From: Bacillota bacterium
GTDB lineage: Bacteria > Bacillota > Sulfobacillia > JAJZYS01 > JAJYTV01
Direction of reading: 5' to 3'
NCBI GenBank assembly: GCA_021847575.1
Contig: JAJZQO010000005.1
Location: forward strand, 27,745-91,744
Length of the DNA: 64,000 nucleotides
Position numbers and translations under genes: made by a program. The notes beneath the pieces were generated by a model, which saw only the letters and a list, made by a program, of their open reading frames with translations, did no database searches and was not told the origin of the DNA. Below, one piece after another: positions 39,066 through 49,200 of this stretch; position 1 is the stretch's first letter, and every line of letters begins with the position of its first letter.

Positions 39066-39838
39066 TGCGGGGAGCACTCTGGCTACGCGTCGCGAGCACC
39101 ATCGTCGTCGCCCCGTTCGTCATCCTGCTCGTCTGGGCCGGCGGATGGTGGCTGATGGTCGGGCTCGCGGGCTTCTATCTGCTCGGTGCGCATGAGTGGA
39201 GCCGCATCTGCGAGGAGGGCGGCTCGATCCCGGTGAGCTGGCTGAACTTCTTCGGCGGCCTGCCCATCCTCTATCTGGGCTTCAGCGGCCACCTCACCAT
39301 GCTCTGGCCGGTGCTCGCCACGCTGGTCGCCGTGAACCTCGTCATACCGCCGTTCATCGGCCTTTCCGGCGGCACGGTGGGCATGGACCTCTTCGGCCAA
39401 GTCTACATCGCCCTGCCGCTCTCCTTTCTCGAGCTTCTGCGCCACCACGGCTTCCTGCCGGCGCTGCTGGCGCTCGTGCTCGTCTGGGGCAGCGACATCG
39501 GCGCGTTCTTCGTCGGGTCGGCGATCGGCAGGCATCCGCTCTCACCCCGCCTGTCGCCGAAGAAGACCTGGGAAGGGCTGATCAGCGGCATTCTCACGGC
39601 CGGCCTGCTTGGCCTCCTGCTGATCCCGCCGTGGCAGCACCGCAGCCTCCTGTTCGGCCTCGGCGTCGGTCTCGCCGCAGGCATCCTCTCGTCGGTCGGG
39701 GATCTCGGCGAGTCTGCGATCAAGCGCTGGGCCAACGCCAAGGACTCCGGGCGCTTCATGCCGGGACACGGCGGCCTGCTGGATCGCGTCGATTCCCTTC
39801 TGTTCGCCCTGCCAGCCCTATACTATCTCCTCAGGTAG
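39065..39838 (+). CDS. cdsA: Phosphatidate cytidylyltransferase
   Basis: Polytopic. C-terminal CTP-transferase signature (SAIKRWANAKDSGRFMPGHGGLLDRVDSLLF). Confidence 0.85.
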   Translation: MRGALWLRVASTIVVAPFVILLVWAGGWWLMVGLAGFYLLGAHEWSRICEEGGSIPVSWLNFFGGLPILYLGFSGHLTMLWPVLATLVAVNLVIPPFIGLSGGTVGMDLFGQVYIALPLSFLELLRHHGFLPALLALVLVWGSDIGAFFVGSAIGRHPLSPRLSPKKTWEGLISGILTAGLLGLLLIPPWQHRSLLFGLGVGLAAGILSSVGDLGESAIKRWANAKDSGRFMPGHGGLLDRVDSLLFALPALYYLLR

Positions 39839-39857
39839 CTGGCGGGAGGCTTGTACG

Positions 39858-40820
39858 ATGGCCCTCTGGCGCGGGCTGCTCGTACTCGTCATCGGCTACC
39901 TCGGCCTGCGCTTCGCTTTGCCGGTCACCTACCCTCTGCTCCTGGCGCTGCTCCTCGCGGCGGTCGTCGAGCCGCTGGTGCGCCAGCTGGGCGGGTACGG
40001 CGTGCCGCGGTCCGTCTCGGCGGTCGCGGCGCTCGGCACCCTTGGCACGCTCCTGCTGCTGGCAACCTTCTGGCTCCTGCGGGCGGCCGTCCTCGAGACC
40101 TGGCGCCTATCGAAGCTTTTGCCGACCGCGGTCGCCGAGATCTCGCGCCAGCTTGCGAACATCTGGCCCAGGGCAGTCCTCGGCCCGCCGCCGAAGCTCT
40201 CGGCGAACCTGCTCGGCAGCTTCTCCGCCGGCGCCTTCCACGCAGCCGCGCAGCTGCCCGACATCGTGCTCGCGGCGCTGGTGACGGTGGTCGGGGCCTA
40301 CCTTCTGGCCAGGGATTTGCCGGACCTGCGTGCGAACCTTCAGGTGCGCCTGCCGGAGCTACCAGGCTCGTCCGGCCACCTTGGGCGCGTCGCGTGGCGT
40401 GCGACGGTGAACTACCTGAGGGTTCAGCTGCTGCTCGCGTCCGTGACGGCGGCGGTGACCGCGCTGGGGCTCGGGATCGTCGGAGCGCCTTACGTGCTCC
40501 TCGCGGCTCTGCTGGTCGGGCTGATCGACGTCGCCCCGGGGCTTGGCCCCGGTACGGTGCTCGGACCGTGGGCCCTGCTGGCCGTGCTGTTCGGGCACGT
40601 CGGACTGGGCGTCCGGATCGGCGTTGTCCTGCTGCTGACGTCGCTGGTGCGGCCTGTGCTGGAACCGAGGCTGGTCGGTGGTCGGGTGGGCTTGCACCCG
40701 CTCGTCGCACTCGCCAGCATGTATGTTGGACTCAGGCTGTTCGGCGTCGTCGGCTTTGCGGCCGGACCCGTCCTCCTGGCGACGGCCTGGGCTGCCTATC
40801 TTGGGGAGGCGCATGCGTGA
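39858..40820 (+). CDS. AI-2E family transporter / PerM-YtvI-like membrane protein
   Basis: 320 aa with about 8 TM helices and the family-typical central loop. Inserted between cdsA and dxr. SD GGGAGG. Confidence 0.7.
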   Translation: MALWRGLLVLVIGYLGLRFALPVTYPLLLALLLAAVVEPLVRQLGGYGVPRSVSAVAALGTLGTLLLLATFWLLRAAVLETWRLSKLLPTAVAEISRQLANIWPRAVLGPPPKLSANLLGSFSAGAFHAAAQLPDIVLAALVTVVGAYLLARDLPDLRANLQVRLPELPGSSGHLGRVAWRATVNYLRVQLLLASVTAAVTALGLGIVGAPYVLLAALLVGLIDVAPGLGPGTVLGPWALLAVLFGHVGLGVRIGVVLLLTSLVRPVLEPRLVGGRVGLHPLVALASMYVGLRLFGVVGFAAGPVLLATAWAAYLGEAHA

Positions 40821-41941
40821 ACCTCGTCGTGCTCGGTGCAACCGGTTCGATCGGCAGTCAGACGCTGGAGATCGCGAGAAGGCGCGGCCATCGCGTCCTG
40901 GCCGTCTCCGCCCGACACGGCGCTGACGGGCTTTGGCGCATCCTGGACGAATTCCGGCCCGAGGCGTATGCCTTTGATCTGGGCGAGGACCGCCCTTCGA
41001 GCGGGCGCAGGATAACGGGCGAAGGAGCGCTTACGGAACTCGCGCTGTGGCCCGGGGCGGACGCCGTCGTCGTGGCGGTCAACGGGTTTTCGGGCCTCAT
41101 GCCGATGCTCGCGGCGCTCAACGCGGGTCGGCGCGTCGCCGCCGCGACGAAGGAGTCGATCATCGCGGGCGGTGATCATCTGCAGGGCGCGGTCGAGAGC
41201 GGGCTTTTGCTGCCGGTCGACTCGGAGCACGCCGCGGCGTTCCAGTTGCTCTTGCAGCGGCGGCCCGAGGAGGTGCGGCGGCTCGTCATCACGACGTCGG
41301 GCGGCGCCCTGCGCGACTGGCCTCTCGATAATCTGGCGCAGGCGAGGCCGGAGGACGCCCTGCGTCACCCCAACTGGAACATGGGCCAGCTCGTGACGAT
41401 CAACTCCGCAACCCTGATGAACAAGGGCATCGAGGTGCTGGAGGCGCACGTGCTGTTCGGCCTGCCGCTATCGCAGATCGACGTCTGGATCCATCCGACG
41501 CAGATCGTGCATGCCCTCCTCGAGACGGCGGACGGGGCCCTCTACGCCGCCCTGGCGCGGCCGAACATGATGCTGCCGATCGAGCAGGCGCTGACGCATC
41601 CGGACCTGCCCCAGGGAGCCGTGAGGCCGCTCGAGCCGGAAGATCTCTCCGAACTCACCTTCCGGCGGCCGGACCCGAGGCGCTATCCTTCCTTGCGGCT
41701 CTGTCGCGAGGTGGGTACAATAGGCGGCACGATGCCGGCCGTGCTTTGCGCGGCCAACGAAGTCGCCGTATCGTGGTTTCTCGCAGGTGCTCTCCCCTTC
41801 ACCGAGATCGTACCGGTCGTGGCGGACGTCGTGCAGGCGCACAAGCCTGTGGCGAACCCCGACCTTGAAGCATTGCAGGCGAGCGACCGCTGGGCGCGCG
41901 AGGCCGCGGAAAACGCTCTACGGAGGCGAGAGCGGCGATGA
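40817..41941 (+). CDS. dxr: 1-deoxy-D-xylulose 5-phosphate reductoisomerase
   Basis: LVVLGATGSIGSQTL NADPH motif and the catalytic DSEH region. GTG start overlaps the upstream stop. Confidence 0.9.
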   Translation: MNLVVLGATGSIGSQTLEIARRRGHRVLAVSARHGADGLWRILDEFRPEAYAFDLGEDRPSSGRRITGEGALTELALWPGADAVVVAVNGFSGLMPMLAALNAGRRVAAATKESIIAGGDHLQGAVESGLLLPVDSEHAAAFQLLLQRRPEEVRRLVITTSGGALRDWPLDNLAQARPEDALRHPNWNMGQLVTINSATLMNKGIEVLEAHVLFGLPLSQIDVWIHPTQIVHALLETADGALYAALARPNMMLPIEQALTHPDLPQGAVRPLEPEDLSELTFRRPDPRRYPSLRLCREVGTIGGTMPAVLCAANEVAVSWFLAGALPFTEIVPVVADVVQAHKPVANPDLEALQASDRWAREAAENALRRRERR

Positions 41942-42975
41942 CAGCCCTGCTCTTCATCGTCATCCTGGTTGGTCTCGTGGTGATCCACGAATTCGGTCAC
42001 TTCATGGTGGCCAAGGCGTCCGGGGTCAGGGTCGAGGAGTTCTCGGTCGGATTCGGGCCGCGCCTCTTCGGTTTTGAGGCCGGAGGCACGCTCTACGCCT
42101 TCCGGCTGTTCCTGATCGGCGGCTATGTGCGGCTCTACGGCATGGAGCCCGGCCAGCCCGAGACGGCGGACAGCTTCAACGAGAGGCCGCTCTGGGCCCG
42201 CGTGCTCACGATCGCGGCGGGCCCGGGCATGAACATCGTGCTGGCGATCGCGCTCTTCTGGATCCTGGACTCGGGCATCGGGTTGCCGCAGATCGCGCCG
42301 GGCCCGCCGACGATCGCGCAGCTTGAGCAGGGCATGCCCGCGCAGCGTGCTGGCCTTCGGCCGGGCGACCGGCTGCTGCGGGCGAACGGCAGAGATCTGC
42401 CGAACTGGCAGGCCTTGCTCCAGGTGGTCTCCCGGTCGCACGGCCGCCCGATCCGCTTCCTGGTGCAGGAGGGCAGCGCCCGCAAGCTGGTGACCCTGAC
42501 GCCGGTGCCGGACAGGGCGGCCCGGGGCCAACTGCACATCGGCGTGCTGGCGGCTACGCGCAACGTGCCGATGCCGTTGCTCGGCGGACTCGGGGCGGGC
42601 GTCCGGCAGACCTTCGCTGTCGCCAACCTGCTCGTCACGGCGCTGGTCGGCGCCGTGGTGCACGGGCGCGCGCCACCCGTCTCGGGCATCGTCGGCATCT
42701 ACGGCGCCGTCCAGCAGGCGGAGGCCGCCGGCGCGGGACAGGTGATCTGGCTTGCCGCGGTGCTGTCGGCGAACCTCGCGGTGGTCAACCTCGTGCCGTT
42801 CCCGCCGCTCGACGGCGAGCGCCTCCTGCTCCTGTTCGTCGAGTGGGTGCGCCGCGGCAGGCGGCTCGACCCAAACCGCGAGGCGCTCGTCAATACGATC
42901 GGGCTCGCGCTGCTACTCGTCCTGGCCGTGGTTTTGGCGTACCATGATGTCGTACATATGCACGGGACGCTCTGA
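41938..42975 (+). CDS. rseP: Regulated intramembrane zinc metalloprotease RseP (site-2 protease, M50 with PDZ)
   Basis: HEFGHF zinc motif in TM1, a PDZ domain, and a C-terminal LDG motif. Confidence 0.88.
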   Translation: MTALLFIVILVGLVVIHEFGHFMVAKASGVRVEEFSVGFGPRLFGFEAGGTLYAFRLFLIGGYVRLYGMEPGQPETADSFNERPLWARVLTIAAGPGMNIVLAIALFWILDSGIGLPQIAPGPPTIAQLEQGMPAQRAGLRPGDRLLRANGRDLPNWQALLQVVSRSHGRPIRFLVQEGSARKLVTLTPVPDRAARGQLHIGVLAATRNVPMPLLGGLGAGVRQTFAVANLLVTALVGAVVHGRAPPVSGIVGIYGAVQQAEAAGAGQVIWLAAVLSANLAVVNLVPFPPLDGERLLLLFVEWVRRGRRLDPNREALVNTIGLALLLVLAVVLAYHDVVHMHGTL

Positions 42976-43028
42976 GCCCGGGCCCCGGGAAGGGAGGCAT
43001 CGCCCCGCCTGAATGAGGCGGGATAACT

Positions 43029-44120
43029 ATGGCTATGACGCGACGTCCCACCCGCGTCGTGCGGGTTGGGGATCACCTGAAGATCGGCGGCGACAATGCG
43101 GTCGTCGTGCAGACGATGACCAAGACCGACACGCGCGACGTGCCTGCCACATTGGACGAGATCTTCCGCCTGGTCCAGGCCGGCTGCGAGATGGTGCGAC
43201 TCGCCGTTCTGGACCGCGAGGCGGCCGAGGCGCTCAAGGAGATCAAGGCCGCGAGCCCGATCCCGATCGTCGCCGACATCCACTTCGACTACCGGCTTGC
43301 GCTGATCGCGCTGGAGTCCGGCGTCGACAAGCTGCGTCTCAACCCGGGCAACATCGGCAGCCCAGACCGGGTGCGCGCGGTGGTTGCCGAGGCGAAGAGC
43401 CGCTCGGTGCCGATCCGGATCGGCGTCAACGCGGGATCCCTCGAGAAGGACCTGATCGAGAAGTACGGGCATCCGACGCCCGAGGCGATGGTGGAGTCCG
43501 GCCTGCGCCATCTGGCCATCCTGGACGACCTCAACTTCGACCAGGTCATCGTGTCGCTCAAGGCGCCGGAGGTCGGGCTCACCGTGGAGGCGTACCGCCA
43601 GTTCGCCAAGGTGAGCGACGTGCCGCTGCACCTCGGCGTGACCGAGGCCGGCACCGTCTGGTCTGGTTCGATCCGCTCCGCCGTGGGTCTTGGCATCCTG
43701 CTCGCGGAAGGCATCGGCGACACCATTCGCGTGTCGCTGAGCGGTCCCGCCGTCGAGGAGGTCAAGGTAGCGAGGGAGATCCTGCGCGCGACGGACCGTC
43801 GCGTCTTCGGACCGACCGTCTACGCCTGCCCGACCTGCGGCCGCTGCGAGATCGATCTGCAGAAGGTGGCGGCCGAGGTGGAGGAGCGCGTGCAGGGCTT
43901 CACCGTGCCCTTGCGCATCTCGGTCATGGGCTGCGCCGTGAACGGCCCGGGCGAGGCGCGCGAGTCCGACGTCGGTCTCGCGGGCGGCCGGGGTTTCGGC
44001 TTCCTCTACAAGGATGGCAAGATCGCCGGCAAGGTCAGCCAGGCAGAGATGGTCGACAGGCTGGTGGAAGAGGTCCGCAGATTGGACGAGGAGGCCAAGT
44101 CCGGTGCCCAAGGGCGGTAA
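43029..44120 (+). CDS. ispG: 4-hydroxy-3-methylbut-2-enyl diphosphate synthase
   Basis: TIM-barrel N-domain plus a C-terminal 4Fe-4S domain with CPTCGRC and C ... spacing, 363 aa. Confidence 0.92.
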   Translation: MAMTRRPTRVVRVGDHLKIGGDNAVVVQTMTKTDTRDVPATLDEIFRLVQAGCEMVRLAVLDREAAEALKEIKAASPIPIVADIHFDYRLALIALESGVDKLRLNPGNIGSPDRVRAVVAEAKSRSVPIRIGVNAGSLEKDLIEKYGHPTPEAMVESGLRHLAILDDLNFDQVIVSLKAPEVGLTVEAYRQFAKVSDVPLHLGVTEAGTVWSGSIRSAVGLGILLAEGIGDTIRVSLSGPAVEEVKVAREILRATDRRVFGPTVYACPTCGRCEIDLQKVAAEVEERVQGFTVPLRISVMGCAVNGPGEARESDVGLAGGRGFGFLYKDGKIAGKVSQAEMVDRLVEEVRRLDEEAKSGAQGR

Positions 44121-45555
44121 AGACAAGGAGTTCGTTCGCGAGATCGCCGATCCCGCGGTCGACTTTTCGCAGTGGTATGTGGATGTCGTGCAGAAGGCGG
44201 AATTGATCGACTACGCTCCGGTGCGCGGCTGCATCGTGTTCAGGCCGTACGGCTACAACCTTTGGGAGCGCACCCAGGAGGCTCTTGACCGCCGGTTCAA
44301 GGCGACAGGCCACCAGAACGCCTACTTTCCGCTGCTCATCCCGGAGAGCTTCCTCCTGCGCGAGGCGCAGCACGTCGAAGGCTTCACGCCCGAGGTGCTC
44401 TGGGTGACGATGGGCGGCGACGAGATCCTGCCGGAGCGTCTTGCCATCCGGCCGACGTCGGAGGCCATTATCGGACCGATGTACTCCCGCTGGGTGCAGT
44501 CGTACCGCGATCTGCCGATCCTGATCAACCAGTGGTGCAGCGTCGTGCGCTGGGAGAAGGCGACGCGGCCGTTCCTGCGCACTGCGGAGTTCCTCTGGCA
44601 GGAGGGACACACGGCGCACGCCACGGCGGAAGAGGCACAGGATGAGGCAATGCGCATGCTCGAGGTCTACCGCGACTTCTACGAGAACGAGATGGCGATC
44701 TGGGTCGTGCCGGGACAGAAGACCGAGTCCGAGAAGTTCCCGGGCGCCTTGCGCACCTACTCGGTGGAGGCCCTGATGGGCGACGGTCGCGCACTGCAGG
44801 CCGCGACGTCGCACAACCTCGGCCAGAACTTCGCGCGGGCCTACGAGATCCGCTACCTCGACCAGGGCGGCCAGCTGCAGGACGCCTGGACGACCTCCTG
44901 GGGGCTGTCCTGGCGCGCCTTGGGGGCCCTCATCATGGTGCACGGCGATGCCCGCGGCCTTGTTCTGCCGCCCAAGATGGCGCCTACGCAGGTCGTGATC
45001 GTGCCGATCGGCCAGGGACCGGAGGGCGACGCTGTGCGCACGCGCGCCCGCCAGCTCAGGGAGCAGCTTGCGGAGGTCGCGCGCGTCCATCTGGACGATC
45101 GCGACGAGTACACCCCCGGCTGGAAGTTCAACGCCTGGGAGCTGCGCGGCGTGCCGCTGAGGCTCGAGATCGGCCCGCGCGATCTGCGCGAGCACCAGTG
45201 TGTCCTGGTCCGCCGCGACACGGGCGACAAGCTCGTATCGTCGCAGGAGGGGCTGGACGTGCAGGTGCGGGCCCTGCTCGGAGAGATCCAGGACAACCTT
45301 CTGCGCCGTTCGCGGCAACGCGTCGAGGAAAGCACGATCGAGGTGCACTCGCTGGCGGAGATCGATGCGGTCGTCTCGGCCCGCCGCGGTTTCGCGGCGG
45401 GAGGCTCTTGCGGCGACGCCGCCTGCGAGGAGCGCGTGCGGCAGGAGACAGGCGCGACGATCCGCAATATACCTCTGCAGCAGCAGCCGGTGCACGAGTG
45501 CGCCGCCTGCGGCGGGGAAGCCAAGCAGTATGTCCTCTGGGCCCGCGCCTACTAG
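44104..45555 (+). CDS. proS: Prolyl-tRNA synthetase (archaeal/Thermus-type class II ProRS with C-terminal zinc-binding tail)
   Basis: N-terminus DFSQWYVDVVQKAELIDYAPVRGCIVFRPYGY, class II motifs, and a C-terminal Cys cluster ending YVLWARAY. GTG start 10 nt after GAGGAGG. The ORF-track frame opens at 44014 and overlaps the ispG end. Confidence 0.9.
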   Translation: MPKGGKDKEFVREIADPAVDFSQWYVDVVQKAELIDYAPVRGCIVFRPYGYNLWERTQEALDRRFKATGHQNAYFPLLIPESFLLREAQHVEGFTPEVLWVTMGGDEILPERLAIRPTSEAIIGPMYSRWVQSYRDLPILINQWCSVVRWEKATRPFLRTAEFLWQEGHTAHATAEEAQDEAMRMLEVYRDFYENEMAIWVVPGQKTESEKFPGALRTYSVEALMGDGRALQAATSHNLGQNFARAYEIRYLDQGGQLQDAWTTSWGLSWRALGALIMVHGDARGLVLPPKMAPTQVVIVPIGQGPEGDAVRTRARQLREQLAEVARVHLDDRDEYTPGWKFNAWELRGVPLRLEIGPRDLREHQCVLVRRDTGDKLVSSQEGLDVQVRALLGEIQDNLLRRSRQRVEESTIEVHSLAEIDAVVSARRGFAAGGSCGDAACEERVRQETGATIRNIPLQQQPVHECAACGGEAKQYVLWARAY

Positions 45556-45567
45556 GTCAGGATCGGG

Positions 45568-46260
45568 ATGGAGATTGTGAATAGGTTGGCAAGACCGGCT
45601 GTTACCGTGATCGTGCCCGCGTACGACGAACAGGAGACGATCGCTTCGGTCGTCGCGGTGCTCGTCGACCACCCGCTGGTCGACGAGGTGATCGTCGTAT
45701 CCGACGGCTCGTCCGACGGCACGGCCGAAAACGCGCGCAGTGCAGGGGCCAGGGTGGTCGAACTGCCCGAGAACATGGGCAAGGGCGCCGCCATGCAGAC
45801 GGGGCTGAGCGTCTCGTCGGCGGACATTGTGCTGTTCCTGGACGCGGACCTGATCGGGCTGCGGCCCGAGCACGTGGATCATATGCTGATGCCCTTGATC
45901 GAGGGCGAGGTGCAGATGACGGTCGGGGTGTTCGAGGGAGGCCGCGGCGCGACCGACTTCGCGCAGCAGATTGCGCCCTTCCTGTCCGGCCAGCGCGCCT
46001 TGCGGCGCAACGTGCTGGACGACATCGACGACATGGCGGAGTCCGGCTATGGCGTCGAGATGGCCCTGACACGCTACATGCGCCGACACCATGCGAACGT
46101 TGCCGAGGTCGTGCTGCAGGACCTGACGCACCGCATGAAGGAAGAGAAGCGCGGCCTGGTGAAGGGCTTCGCTGCGCGCATGAAGATGTACTGGGAGATC
46201 GCCAAGCTGCTGCCGGATCTGCCGCGCGACAGCAGGGAGACGAAGGACAAGGTGCGCTGA
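45568..46260 (+). CDS. Soluble family-2 glycosyltransferase (GpgS / dolichol-P-sugar-synthase-like fold, no TM)
   Basis: GT-A fold motifs: VIVPAYDE ... SDGSSDGT ... FLDADL (DxD). Confidence 0.7.
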   Translation: MEIVNRLARPAVTVIVPAYDEQETIASVVAVLVDHPLVDEVIVVSDGSSDGTAENARSAGARVVELPENMGKGAAMQTGLSVSSADIVLFLDADLIGLRPEHVDHMLMPLIEGEVQMTVGVFEGGRGATDFAQQIAPFLSGQRALRRNVLDDIDDMAESGYGVEMALTRYMRRHHANVAEVVLQDLTHRMKEEKRGLVKGFAARMKMYWEIAKLLPDLPRDSRETKDKVR

Positions 46261-46284
46261 GGGCAAAACTGGAGGTAACCGCTT

Positions 46285-49200
46285 TTGGATAGCGACGAGG
46301 CAAGGCTGCGCGATCCGTTCGACGCGGCTTGGCGTCGCATCGTGCTCGAGTCTGCGCCGATCGCGGCGCGCGGCTGGCTTTTGGCCGCGGAGGTCAGCCT
46401 GGACGGATCGCAGGTCGTGGTCCAGGTGCCGCAGGGCGGCGCCAGCCTCGGACTTGCCCTGATGCAGGGGCTCGAGGCGCCGCTCGAAGCTGCGCTGCAG
46501 CGCGCGACAGGCCGTGCGCTGGACGTCGCGTTCGTGGCCGGCGGCGAGGGCGAGATCGCGCGACCGGAGCCGCCCGCCTTGCCGCGGCGCGAGCCGCCGC
46601 AGCGCCAGCGCCTCGTCTTCGGGCGGGACTTCCACGGCAGGACCACCGCCCTCAGGGAGATCACCCTGGATACGAGCCGGGTGATCGCCGAGGGCGAGGT
46701 GGTTTCGGTCGACAGCCGCCCGCGGCGGGGCGGCGGCCAGATCGTCACCATCGGCCTTTCCGACCATGACGAGGGTCTTGTCGTCAAGTTCCTGGTGGAC
46801 GACCGCCAGCGCCTGCTGAAGGAGCCCGCCCGCGGCGACTGGCTGCGCGTGCGCGGCCAGATCGGCTCGGACGAGCGCCAGGGCGAGCCGATCCTCTGGG
46901 CGCGCGACGCCTACCTGCTGCATCACGAGCTGCGCCAGGAGACCCTCGAGCAGGGCCGCGTCGAGCTGCACCTGCACACGCGCATGTCGCAGATGGACGG
47001 CCTTATCGACCTCTCCCGCCTTGCCGCCGCCGCCGAGCGGCTCAAGATCTCGGCGTTCGCCATCACCGACCACGGCGTGCTGCAGGCCTACCCCGAAGCG
47101 CAGGAGATCGCCCGCAAGCGGGGGATCAAGGCGATCTACGGTCTCGAGGCCTTTGTGGTGCAGGATCGTCCACCGATCACCATGCGGGCCACAGACCGGC
47201 CGACGGACGGCGACTTCGTCGCGCTGGACATCGAGACGACGTCGCTCTCGCCGCGATCCGGCGAGGTGATCGAGGTCGGTCTCGTCCGCTTCTCCGGCGG
47301 ACAGCGGGTCGGCGAGTTCGACACGCTCGTGCGGCCGGACGGCCCTGTCTCGCAGCGCACGCAGGAACTGACCGGCATCGATCCCCTGAGCCTCCAAGAC
47401 GCGCCGCGGCTGGCGGAAGTGGCGGCCGATATCACGGGCTTCATCGGCGAACTGCCCGTCGTCGCCCACAACGCCGGGTTCGATGAAGGCTACCTGCGCA
47501 CGGCCCTTCTCCGCCTCGGGCACGAGGTTGCCTGGACCGTCGTGGACACGCTCGAACTCGGCCGCGCGCTCTGCCCGGAACTGCGCAGCCACCGCCTGCC
47601 TGACCTCGCGAAGCGGTTCGAGATCGGCGAGTTCACCCACCACCGCGCCAGTGCCGACGCCGAGGTGGCCGGCCGCGTGGCCTTGCGCCTCCTGGCCATG
47701 GCGCGCGAGGCCGGCGCCACGACCCTGCGGCAACTCGACAGCCTGGGCGAGCGCATCGCGCTGCAGCATCGCCGCCCCCTGCACACCATGCTGCTCGTGC
47801 GCTCCCAGGCTGGGCTCAAAGCCCTTTACCGCGCAGTCAGCCAGGCCCATCTGCAGCAGTTCCACCGCGTGCCGCGCCTCTACGAAAAGCAGGTGCGGGA
47901 GCTGCAGGGCGAGGTCCTCGTGGGGGCGGCGGGCTGCCTGCAGGGAGCCATGCTGCGCGCGTGGCTGCGCGGCGCCGAGGAGCAGGAGCTCCTCGCGATC
48001 GCCGAGGCGTCGGACTACCTCGAGGTGCTGCCGCCGAAGGTGCTGCTTGCGTCCGCGCGGGCGGAGGGCTATCTGACGAGCATTGCCGAGGCGCAGGAGG
48101 CCGTCGAGGCGGTCTGCGAGATCGGTCGCAGGACAGGCAGGCCGGTCGTGGCGGTGGGCGACGTCCATTACCTCGAGCCGGACGAGCGGGAGCTCAGGGC
48201 GATCGTGCTGCGCGGCGCCGGGCGCGAGGCGGCGGGCGAGACGGAGCGAGAGGTCCACCTCAGGACGGCGGGCGAGATGCTTGCGGAATTCCAGTGGCTC
48301 GGCGCCGAGCGGGCGGAGGAGATCTGCCTGAAGAATCCCGAGCGCATCGCGCAGCTGATCTCGGACGTGCAGCCGGTGCCGGACGAGCTCTCGGCGCCGG
48401 AGCTGCCGGAGGCCGCGAAGGCTGTCGAGGAGGACGCGCGGGGACGCGCCAGGGAGATCTACGGCGACGTGTTGCCGGAACTGGTCGCCGCGCGCCTCGA
48501 GCGCGAGCTCAAGGCTGTGATCGGCAACGGCTTCGCCAGCATCTACCGCATCGCGCAGCTCCTGACCAGGCGGTCGCTTCAGGACGGCTATCTCGTCGGT
48601 TCGCGCGGGTCGGTCGGATCGTCCTTCGTCGCCTTCCTGACCGGCATCACGGAAGTGAACCCGCTGCCGCCGCACTGGCGCTGCCCCACATGCCGGGACG
48701 TGGTCTTCAGCCAGGACGCCGCGTCGGGCTTCGACCTGCCGCTGCGGAACTGCGGGGCCTGCGGCACCGAGATGGTGCGCGACGGCCAGGACATTCCGTT
48801 CGAGACGTTCATGGGCTTCGACGGCGACAAGGTGCCCGATATCGATCTCAACTTTTCGGGGGAGTACCAGCCGCAGATCCACCGCTATACGGAAGAACTC
48901 CTGGGCGGCCAGGTCTACCGAGCGGGCACGATCGCGACGATCGCCGAGCGCACCGCCTACGGGCTCGTCAAGGGCCACCTCGAGGCCGCTGGCCGCACGG
49001 CGCGCTCACCCGAGCTCGAGCGGCTGGCGCAGGGCGTGACAGGGGTCAAGCGCACGACCGGGCAGCACCCCGGCGGGGTGATGGTCGTGCCGGTCACGGA
49101 CGACGTGCACCGCTTCACGCCCCTGCAGCACCCCGCCGACGATGCACACAGCGAGATCGTCACGACCCACTTCGACTATCACGCCATCTCGTCGCGCCTG

